The translations under genes were made by a program, and so were the position numbers. A DNA stretch of 60,287 nt, counting the filler, from Globobulimina sp. (lineage: Eukaryota), in the NCBI GenBank assembly GCA_003354225.1. It is 7 parts of 7 records of this genome, joined end to end, with 100 filler letters (N's around TTAATTAATTAA, not from the genome) between each part and the next. Parts side by side here need not be neighbours in the genome. Positions count along the whole stretch, not along the records: positions 1 to 8,582 come from PIVH01000075.1; 6 more parts are not named here. One strand, 5' to 3'. The notes under the pieces were generated by a model that saw nothing but the letters and a program-made list of their open reading frames with translations, made no database searches and was not told where the DNA came from. Every line of letters starts with the position of its first letter. Position 1 is the first letter of the stretch. Positions 1 to 8,682 of the stretch are shown here, one piece after another.

Positions 1-17
1 AACGCGGCTTTTCTTCA

Positions 18-108
18 ATTATGAAATTATGAAACGATTATGATGTGATTATGAAGATTTTTTGACTATATATAAATAGTCATATCTATTATTGTAAATT
101 GATTATGA
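18..108. repeat. Cluster of ATTATGA motifs
   Basis: ATTATGA at 18, 26, 37, 48 and 102. Its reverse complement TCATAA(T) recurs in the duplicated blocks at 3115 and 4354. Confidence 0.55.
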
Positions 109-222
109 ACTGTTTTGCATCATCATATTTAATAAAAAATGCTGTCATATTTCCATTAAACATAATATTTGGATATTTTTGTATCATAATATTAATATTT
201 GTCAATGTAACATATTGTATTT

Positions 223-480
223 CTATTGGTTGTATAATCTAAGCAAAGGAGCTTCCAATCTTTTGCAATATTTATCAATTTCATACTTTTCAACAAAGCC
301 ATCTATGCAATGACCAATGCATCGAACCGCAAACATAACAACGGCATTATTTGAATACCAAAACAAAGGAATAATGTGCTCACAAATGTGCTTTGTTTGT
401 CGTGTATTTGTTTTGAATTTGCTCAAAGATCCAATGTATAAACAACTCCAATGTATAAACAATAAATCCTCTTTCTTCAA
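223..480 (-). CDS. Small hypothetical ORF, possibly a 3' exon
   Basis: 85-codon open frame starting right after a TTAG acceptor-like site; no recognisable motif. Confidence 0.2.
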   Translation of the reverse strand: MKKEDLLFIHWSCLYIGSLSKFKTNTRQTKHICEHIIPLFWYSNNAVVMFAVRCIGHCIDGFVEKYEIDKYCKRLEAPLLRLYNQ

Positions 481-842
481 CTAAGTCATATGATATATTA
501 TGCAGTTTAGTAACACCCATTGCAGCCGTTTTAGTTTTTGAAAGACTGGCGAAAACTGTCCAAAATAAGAGATTTAATTCGAAGATGATAAGTTATATAC
601 ATTTAATTGAATTATCTAAGAAACTCTCAGTTTTCTATAAGTTTGTATTTGGTTTATTCTATGTACATAATAATAAAACAATAGAGCATGAATCTATAAA
701 ACATTCACAGTGTTAAATTTCAATAATAATTATATAAACACAAAGACAAAAATTTATAGCAATTACATGATTATGAATTTTTATTATTACTAAATTTGAC
801 TTTACAACACTAAAATTAGAATTTAGTATCAAGATACATACA

Positions 843-3062
843 TTGTTATTTATGAAACGCATAATAAATGATAATCAGTGTCATCAAAGATGTAAAAAAT
901 TTAAACACAACATTATAAATCAAAATAGTAAGACGTATCGATATTATTATGCAGATTGCTATCGCATTAAATATAATCCAAATTTTGAAAAAGAAATACA
1001 AAATGTAATAAATAATTCTAAATCAAAAATTATTATTCAAAAAACAAAATTTGGACAAATTGAAAATAATCATAATAACAAAAATATTAAACTCTATTAT
1101 GATGGATATGAATTTATTTCGAATGGATCTAATTTTATTTGCACAAAATGTAAATTTGGGTTACAATTATGCAGACAAAACAATATTGAATTGGTATTTA
1201 GCAATCAATCTGATCATAACTGCATTAACTTTAGAGATTCATCATTATTATCAAAATTATTTTCAGAAATAATTATAACAGAAATTGAATATAATATTAA
1301 GAATGACAGTTATACATCAATAACAAATCATTACGACAATGTGTATTTTAAATATTTAAATAAACATAAAGAAATGGATCTGGATATAGTTTTAAGGAAG
1401 AAACTGGTGGTGGAAAAAAGATTAAGAAAGCAGCGTGAATTTCAATCAGTTAGAGAAAGTAGTGTACAATCATTTATTAAAAAGGGAATTCATAAAAAAA
1501 TATTAAAATCAGTATTCAAAAGTGAAGAAACAGATATTTTAGTAATACCAAATAAAGACATAAATAATGATTCTGTATTTATTACAAGTATATTTCATTT
1601 GAAAATGTTAGGAGGTGGTAATGGTGCATTAGGTGATGGAACATTTGCTTTAAATGTGTCATGTTTGACAAAACATGAACAAATATTTAAGATAAATGTA
1701 ACATATTATTCAAAAACTGCAGCAAATAATCATTCAAAACGAAATAAAAACCATTTCAAAAGAGCTGCTGTTTATTTTTGTGGCATTGCGATTTTACAAA
1801 AGAAAGATATACCTCAATATGAATGGTTGTTTGGGGTAATTAATAATTTGTTTATACAAAATGGTATAAAAATAAAATTTACAACATACATTAGCGATTT
1901 TGAATGGGCACAAAGAAAAGCTTGGAAGAAGATATTTCCGTTAATTTTAACACAAGGTGAAACATTTCATTGGAATGGATGTATTTGGAAAGCTATACAA
2001 AGATTTCATTTAAAATGTTTATATGAAGTTAAGAAATATAGTAAAGATAATCAAATCAAATATGATTTTCGTTTTAGAGCAATTATTGAAATAATTTGGA
2101 CATTTCCATATATTCCGAAACAAAGAATATTAATTGTTTGGAAAAATGTTGTTATGTTATTTCTCGAACTTAGTCTAGTACTAAATGATATTGATATATC
2201 CAAAGGTATTATTCAATTAATATGTTATATACAAAATCAATGGATGGAAATACATGTTCATGGTTGTAGAAAAAGTCAATGGAAATTTGATGATTGGATT
2301 ATATACCAATGTTTAATTACATCAAATAATGCAACAGAAGCATTAAACAGACACCATATGTCAAACATTGAAAAACATCCAGAAATATTTAAATTTTTTT
2401 ATTGGTCATTTCGTGAATTACAAAAATCCAAACATAATTTTATACAAGATCAACAACATCCAAACAGTGTTTCTTTGCAACGAGAAAAAATTATTATCAA
2501 AAACGAAAGAGCCAATAAAATGGCAGAAACAATATTAAATACTAACGATGAAAAAGTAATAATGGATGAGGTGTTAAAATTTAGTTTTGTATTAACAGAG
2601 TATAGAGGAAAAATAAATATATATAATAGATATAAAACTACAACTTATAATATTGAAACAAATACAAATAATTCGGATATAAACTTAGATTTGAAACAAT
2701 TTTGTAACAGTAAAGAAATTAAAATAATTGGACAATATGATGGGAAATCTATTGAAGTTGAAGGACAAAATTGTGATAAACAACTAAATGTCAATTATAT
2801 ATATACAATGAATATTGATAAAAAATTATATACTAAATTAGAATTAGGTACAACATGGGTGGTCACAAAAAGTATAAACAAAAATTGGCCAAAAATGAGA
2901 AAGAATATGATAATTAAATTTAAAAATGGAAATAATATCATCGAAAGAAAAGTATTTAAAATTACAATCATACCTGGATATAATCACAATAAAAATAAGA
3001 ATGATAAATTTGCTTTAAAATTTGAGTTGACACCAATATTACCAAAATTTGATTTATCCTAA
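843..3062 (+). CDS. Mutator/MULE-family DDE transposase
   Basis: Catalytic motifs GDGTF (D1), ISDFE (D2), GETFHW (CxxH position) and TSNNATEALN (E). FLYWCH/WRKY-like zinc finger upstream (YDGYEF...CTKC...HNC). First ATG at 852. Confidence 0.85.
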   Translation: MLFMKRIINDNQCHQRCKKFKHNIINQNSKTYRYYYADCYRIKYNPNFEKEIQNVINNSKSKIIIQKTKFGQIENNHNNKNIKLYYDGYEFISNGSNFICTKCKFGLQLCRQNNIELVFSNQSDHNCINFRDSSLLSKLFSEIIITEIEYNIKNDSYTSITNHYDNVYFKYLNKHKEMDLDIVLRKKLVVEKRLRKQREFQSVRESSVQSFIKKGIHKKILKSVFKSEETDILVIPNKDINNDSVFITSIFHLKMLGGGNGALGDGTFALNVSCLTKHEQIFKINVTYYSKTAANNHSKRNKNHFKRAAVYFCGIAILQKKDIPQYEWLFGVINNLFIQNGIKIKFTTYISDFEWAQRKAWKKIFPLILTQGETFHWNGCIWKAIQRFHLKCLYEVKKYSKDNQIKYDFRFRAIIEIIWTFPYIPKQRILIVWKNVVMLFLELSLVLNDIDISKGIIQLICYIQNQWMEIHVHGCRKSQWKFDDWIIYQCLITSNNATEALNRHHMSNIEKHPEIFKFFYWSFRELQKSKHNFIQDQQHPNSVSLQREKIIIKNERANKMAETILNTNDEKVIMDEVLKFSFVLTEYRGKINIYNRYKTTTYNIETNTNNSDINLDLKQFCNSKEIKIIGQYDGKSIEVEGQNCDKQLNVNYIYTMNIDKKLYTKLELGTTWVVTKSINKNWPKMRKNMIIKFKNGNNIIERKVFKITIIPGYNHNKNKNDKFALKFELTPILPKFDLS

Positions 3063-3114
3063 ATATGATTGTCATTGTTGAAATTGTATTTCATTTAAAA
3101 TGTTTAACAAATAA

Positions 3115-3184
3115 ACTCATAATTTCTTCTTTTTTTAGAATCCATTTATAACTTTTCTCTATTATTACATATAAACTCATAACT
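3115..3184 (+). promoter_or_regulatory. Duplicated ~70-bp upstream block, copy 1
   Basis: Closely matches 4354..4423; ends about 60 bp before the ATG at 3243. Confidence 0.7.
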
Positions 3185-3242
3185 TTAATTTACTTATACT
3201 AATAATTTAACTCGATTAGAGTCACAGTTTCACAACAATAAA

Positions 3243-4322
3243 ATGGAGATATTGCCAGATGTAATTATTCAAATGATATTGTCATTCGATGAATATTGTA
3301 TAGAATATAGATTTGTAAGTAAAGTATTCAAAAACGCATCAGATAAAAATAATAGAATGAAATTAAAACAAAGAAAACAAACAATTAATGATGATCATGA
3401 AGCAAATATACATATTAAAAATACATATTTTGTTGATGGTGTTGATGCGGAATATTGGATTATTGATAAAAAACGTACTCAATTAAAAGATAAAGAAATT
3501 ACATTAGGATATAAAGGTCCAATTAATAATATTATGGATGCGATCGAGAATTGTAAATCTGGAGATACATTGCTGATTTATGATGGAAAATACAAAATTA
3601 AACATAAATTTGTCGGAGCAATCAGCCAATTAAATAAAATATCATTTATTGGAATGGGAGCAAATGTTATTTTTGAACAAATTCCGGCATTAATTTTTGA
3701 AGAAAATAATAATCATAGTACTATTTTTGTGAAAAATGATGTATATTTCAAAAACATTCGTTTTGATTGTGAAGATACCGGTCAGCTTGGATTAATCTGT
3801 GTAGTAGATAACGGTAACCTTTGGATGGAAAATTGTAAAATGTCATTTACTGGTTGCCCATTTGACAGGTATTGTAATGGAATTGTTATGCATGAATCGA
3901 TGGGGAAAAAACAGTCCATATACTTAAAACACTGTGAGTTTGAGGATCTATTGTGTGCTGTGTCTATATTTGCAGGAATAACTGGTGCGACTATCTTGGG
4001 ATGTAAATTTACAAATTGTGGATTCATGGAAGATGGATACGGAACACCAACTATTGCTGTACAAACATGGGAAGATGAATCTTCAATTTTTAAGAGCAAA
4101 ATTAGAATTATTGGTAATGAAGTGTTTGATGATGATATTGGGAAATGGATTGCATTTTGTTCTTATCAAAAGTTTAACGATTGGTTTAGTGAATTTGGCT
4201 CAAGATTTATATATGAAATAAAAAATAATTCAATCAAAGGGACAAATGCAATATTTACAAATGTAAACAATAAACCAGAAAAGCGTAATCCTAACAAGAT
4301 TTATTTGATGACATACTTTTAA
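3243..4322 (+). CDS. F-box-like plus right-handed beta-helix protein (FBXO10/11-like architecture)
   Basis: N-terminal ILPDVIIQMILSF...FVSKVF F-box-like motif. IMDAIENCKSGDTLLIYDGKY is a typical beta-helix entry, followed by repeated NC/HCEF-type coils. Confidence 0.65.
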   Translation: MEILPDVIIQMILSFDEYCIEYRFVSKVFKNASDKNNRMKLKQRKQTINDDHEANIHIKNTYFVDGVDAEYWIIDKKRTQLKDKEITLGYKGPINNIMDAIENCKSGDTLLIYDGKYKIKHKFVGAISQLNKISFIGMGANVIFEQIPALIFEENNNHSTIFVKNDVYFKNIRFDCEDTGQLGLICVVDNGNLWMENCKMSFTGCPFDRYCNGIVMHESMGKKQSIYLKHCEFEDLLCAVSIFAGITGATILGCKFTNCGFMEDGYGTPTIAVQTWEDESSIFKSKIRIIGNEVFDDDIGKWIAFCSYQKFNDWFSEFGSRFIYEIKNNSIKGTNAIFTNVNNKPEKRNPNKIYLMTYF

Positions 4323-4353
4323 TATACTATTTCTTCGTTGTGTACATCTGGTT

Positions 4354-4423
4354 ACTCATAATTCTATCTTTTTTTAGAATATATTTATACCTTTTCTCTA
4401 TTATTACAAATAAACTCATAATT
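4354..4423 (+). promoter_or_regulatory. Duplicated ~70-bp upstream block, copy 2
   Basis: Closely matches 3115..3184; ends about 70 bp before the ATG at 4493. Confidence 0.7.
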
Positions 4424-4492
4424 CCTTCCATTTTTAGACTTTAGTATTAGATTTATTTATCATTTCTTTAACAATCACAATAATAAATCAAA

Positions 4493-5704
4493 ATGTTATC
4501 AGTAGGAAAGAATCATGTACTTAATGGACAATTTAAGATTATAATGGAAGGTGATTACAAAGGAAAATGCGTCAGTTTGGTACAAAACACACGTACAGAA
4601 ATGTGTAGACTTATTTTAGAGATACCGTATGGTAATGTTGGTCAAATTATTACAATCACAAATGAAAGAGTTCTATCAACAAAGATTTGTTTACGCAAAT
4701 TGATGCAAGCAAACATTTATACCACATTTGTTTATCCTGAATCAGCAGCACAGACAATTACAATTGATGAAATTGATTATTCTAAATATGTAACATTATT
4801 TAATGAATATCCCAATAAAAAATTAGGATTATTATCAGCAAAAGAATTATTAGAAAACAAATCCAAACAACGATTCTGTTTCTTCGCAAAATTTATCGAA
4901 AGTGATATTCGTAATGGACATTTATTTATAAATGTTCTTGTAAATGATATTAAAGTATCGGTATTAAAATGGAATTATTCAGATACAATTAATTTTCCAG
5001 TTAATATATCATATTTATTATTTTTTAATGTAAGTGTTGGTGAACTTGGTGACAGAAAATTTATTCGTATGAATAAAGATTCCAGTGTATTTTATCAATT
5101 TGACACTGTTATTAAAAATAAAATTGTTGAGCATTGTGGAAGATGGAATTCATTACAAAGTGTTGATCAACGATTTTATAAGAAACAAAATTTGACACAG
5201 GTTAATGGTTTACAAGAAATGAAAATAACAGTAGAAGAGGAAGAAAAAGATTGTAAATTACCAGTAATTGATATCAAAGTGAATGCAGACAGATTAAAGT
5301 TTAGTATTTATACAAGACACAACACAAATGGATGTAACCAAGTGTCGATAGTTGGTGAAGAATGTAACAAATGTTATGAACCATTAGGTGATGTTGACAA
5401 ATCAAACTGGTGGCCATTTATGAACTTACAAATAAGTATTGGTGATGATGATATCAATGTAAAATTAAGTAATTCATCAATTAAACAAATATTAGAGAAA
5501 TGTGGTTATCTTGTTAATAAAAAATTAAATAAAATATTTAATGTATTATCAGATTCATTTTCAATGGAGTTAAGCAATGTAGAAGATAAAGTGTTTGAGT
5601 ATTTTGAAAATAATTCATCAATGAAAGCTGAATTGATTGCGAAACCAAGTGGTAATTCAAATTATCCAATGCAATATACAATTTCAAAATTTATATTCGT
5701 CTAA
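4493..5704 (+). CDS. Putative RPA70-like multi-OB-fold ssDNA-binding protein
   Basis: OB-like segment DIKVSVLKW...FFNVSVGELGDRKFIRMNKDSSV. Zinc-finger-like insert IYTRHNTNGC...CNKC followed by MNLQISIGD resembles RPA70 DBD-C. Confidence 0.55.
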   Translation: MLSVGKNHVLNGQFKIIMEGDYKGKCVSLVQNTRTEMCRLILEIPYGNVGQIITITNERVLSTKICLRKLMQANIYTTFVYPESAAQTITIDEIDYSKYVTLFNEYPNKKLGLLSAKELLENKSKQRFCFFAKFIESDIRNGHLFINVLVNDIKVSVLKWNYSDTINFPVNISYLLFFNVSVGELGDRKFIRMNKDSSVFYQFDTVIKNKIVEHCGRWNSLQSVDQRFYKKQNLTQVNGLQEMKITVEEEEKDCKLPVIDIKVNADRLKFSIYTRHNTNGCNQVSIVGEECNKCYEPLGDVDKSNWWPFMNLQISIGDDDINVKLSNSSIKQILEKCGYLVNKKLNKIFNVLSDSFSMELSNVEDKVFEYFENNSSMKAELIAKPSGNSNYPMQYTISKFIFV

Positions 5705-6196
5705 ATTAAAGCATGTAAAAGGGCATGCAAAGAAAATTTATATTATTTATTTTATGTTGTTTGTAGATTGAAATTAACTGCCAATATTTGATTGTAATAA
5801 ATTCGTTGGGTTTTCTATATTTCCCAACTTATTTGTTTTTTTGCTTTTTTAAATTTATTACATTCATTTTTTCATACAAAACATATGACTCACATAAGTG
5901 TTTATTGTGCATTCAAATTATTATTAATTATTTCATAGGCATAAAGAAGTATTCATGACAAAAGCTGAAATGCATGACGACGTTCTAAACAGTTATCATA
6001 TAGTATAGCAATAAACAACATACTATTACATTATAAATATAAATATCTAATATTTAATATTTGTATATTAACCATAATGATTATTATTATTGATAATCAG
6101 AAATTGATGGTTTGAATCCTGTAGCAACTCCAACACAAATAGGCATTCTCGCCCACCGGTAATAGACATTGTACTGCATTCTCCCTCTTCCTAAGA

Positions 6197-6367
6197 GCAA
6201 TTTAGCTGTGTTTGTTGTGAGATGCGCGATGCAATTTGGTTGTGTTTGCTGCCTAAGATTCGCGATGCAATTTGGCTGTGTTTGATGTGAGATTCACGGT
6301 GCAATTTGGCTGTGTTTGGTGTCTAAGATTCGCGATGCAATTTGGCTGTGTTTGATTCGCGATGCAA
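6197..6367. repeat. Tandem array of alternating 34/36-bp units (GCAATTTGGCTGTGTTTG core)
   Basis: Units start at 6197, 6231, 6267, 6301 and 6337 (34, 36, 34, 36, 27 bp), giving a 70-bp higher-order dimer. Confidence 0.95.
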
Positions 6368-6554
6368 GACAGTTTGCAGGTATTGATTTCACCGGTCAGC
6401 AATAGTGATTCAATGTGTATGTATGTTTGAGATATTTTATAGAAATACATCAACATAAATTTTATCTATTAAAATTTCATAATTATTGGTTGAGTGATAT
6501 TTATATCGTTATATTCAATTATGATTCTAATTTAAGATTATATTTTTAGTTTAA

Positions 6555-6773
6555 TTTTTCCAAATAACACCTCCATCACCTCCCAAACCTCCTCCTCAAC
6601 GACCAGGACCTCAACGACTAGGACCTGCACGACCTCCTCCATCTCCTCCTCAACGACCAGGTCCTCCACGACCTCCCAAACATCCTCCTCAACGAATTGA
6701 CACTGAAACAAATACAAAAGCCATAAAATATGAACAAGAAGAAGAAATTGGTGATTGTAGAAACAGATATTAA
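6555..6773 (+). pseudogene. Pro-rich coding-like segment, probable frameshifted N-terminus of the J-domain gene
   Basis: ATG-less open frame reading PPSPPKPPPQRPGP... Removing one A from the run at 6725-6728 joins it in frame to the ORF at 6730. Confidence 0.45.
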
Positions 6774-7148
6774 TGATGAGATACCAAGAAAAAGAAGAAA
6801 ACTCAATTCCTTGAATGTAGAATATTTTATGTCTGCAAATTTTTATGAAATGTTTGAATTAACAGAAAACAATTTTAACCAAACAATACTTAAAAAACAA
6901 TATCATGTTAAAGCAAAACTATTTCATCCAGATAAATGGGTAAATGGAACTGAAGAGCAACAAAAAAAAAGTGAACAAATATTTAAAATATTACAACAAG
7001 CATTTGATACATTAAGTGATGATAAAAAAAGAGCATATTATAATAATAATTCACATTTAAATGGAGATAAAGATAATAGTTTTACTTTATCTGAAGATGA
7101 AGATAGTATTGACAGATATGAGGATGAAGATAGTGATATTGATACTGT
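6730..7148 (+). CDS. DnaJ J-domain with basic NLS-like motif; probable N-terminal part of the helicase gene
   Basis: NFYEMF...KKQYHVKAKLFHPDK...FKILQQAFDTLSDDKKRAYYN with HPD intact; PRKRRK motif. The listed ORF turns into M/V/I nonsense after 7148 because the acidic tract is read out of frame. Confidence 0.85.
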
Positions 7149-8582
7149 GGTAATGATACATCTGAAAATAATGGTGATAATGATAATGATGGTGATAATG
7201 AAGATGAAGATGGTGATATTGATGACAATGATAATGGAGATGAAGACGGTGATAGTGATACATCTGAAAATAAAGAAAATGACATTGAATTTAAAAAAGA
7301 ATTAAATAAAATAATAAACAATGATTATACATTAACACAATTAAGAAATGGACCAATCGGTTTAGCAATATTAATTGGTAATTTAAGAAATGATATTTGT
7401 TTTCATGACAATGAATATATCGGGTTTAATGATGTTAGGCGTATTTATACTGCATTTTCAAAAGCAACATTAAGAGTTATCATATATAAATATGGAATTG
7501 ATATATGTGTACAAATGCTACAAAAATATCCTCAATTTAAAAGAGATGAATCACATGGCGTATTAAATATTCCATCATTAATTTCTCGTTTTAAAAACCC
7601 TCGAAGTTCAGTTGGTTTTATAAACAATATATTATCATGTATTGAAAAATGGCATGACAAAGAAAATGGACAAAAATTAAATGCAAAAATGAACAGAATT
7701 GACGGTGAATATCCAATTAAAGGTGGTCGTAAAATTAATATAAAAACAAAACAAATTACTGATAGAACAAAAAAAGATTATTTTAGTTATGAAATACCAT
7801 TGACATATTTACCGAATTTACAAGATTGTAATAACAAATATGGCAATTTTTTAAAGAATATCCATCGCAAACAAGAACATTTCGAATTTTTTAGAATGAT
7901 TTTAGGATATACATTTAAAGGTGGTATCAAAGCGTGGGAAATTATTTTTTGGTTTATAAATAATATGGGTGGCAATGGTAAATCATTAAATATCAAATGT
8001 TTAGAAATACCATTTGGGTTCTGGATAAGAGATATGGATCCACGTTTGATAAACAAAAAATCAAAAATTAATATTGGTGCGGAATTAAACAAATTAAAAA
8101 ATTGTTTGTTAGCAAAATTTGTTGAAACAAAAAATATTGAACCAGACGAAGAAGCATTGAAAAGATACAGTGGTGGTGATACTTTAAATCCAAGAGATTG
8201 TAATCAAAAAGGGTCGAAAACACAAGAACTTAAACCATCTCATTCATTGTGGATGATTGGACAAGACTTATCAAATTTCCAATTCGAAGATCAAGCTTTA
8301 CAAAGACGAAATTCTGTATTTCCATGTGTAACATATTTTAGATCACCTGGACAAAAAGGATATGATGCAAATGATCCAAATTGTATTATACCGGATAAAA
8401 ATATAAAGTCGGAAATTTTAGAACAAGGGGATCATATTTTAACATTTGTTATTAATTGCTGTAATGATGAACTCGGATGGGAACAATTAGGTAATGATTT
8501 TTGGAGTTGTCGACCAAAAGATTTTGATAACGATGATTTAAATGTAAACTCAAATGATTTACATAAATTTATTGCAGAGAAA
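7143..8582 (+). CDS. D5/P4-primase-type superfamily 3 helicase, 3' end cut by contig end
   Basis: D5_N-like motif KINIKTKQITDRTKKDYF, ILGYTFKG, Walker A GGNGKS, Walker B region LAKFVET, LKRYSGGDTLNPR, and DQALQRR arginine finger. The frame is open from 7143 with no ATG until 7515. Confidence 0.85.
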
Positions 8583-8682
8583 NNNNNNNNNNNNNNNNNN
8601 NNNNNNNNNNNNNNNNNNNNNNNNNNTTAATTAATTAANNNNNNNNNNNNNNNNNNNNNNNNNNNNNNNNNNNNNNNNNNNN
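8583..8682. other. Artificial contig spacer
   Basis: N-run, TTAATTAATTAA, N-run; 100 bp. Confidence 0.99.

Larger units (their letters stand above)
1..8582 (+). mobile_element. Candidate large DNA mobile element or endogenous viral fragment (transposase plus replication genes); ends not visible
   Basis: Four co-oriented, apparently intronless AT-rich genes: MULE transposase, F-box beta-helix, RPA-like OB protein and J-domain/D5 helicase. Two genes share an upstream block, and a tandem repeat precedes the helicase. Confidence 0.6.

Noticed and set aside
6253-6456. Minus-strand ORF with QTQPNC repeats
   Set aside because: A by-product of the 34/36-bp tandem repeat.
7149-7305. Met/Ile/Val-rich hydrophobic tail of the J-domain ORF as a membrane anchor
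   Set aside because: It is the out-of-frame reading of a GAT/GAA-rich acidic tract.
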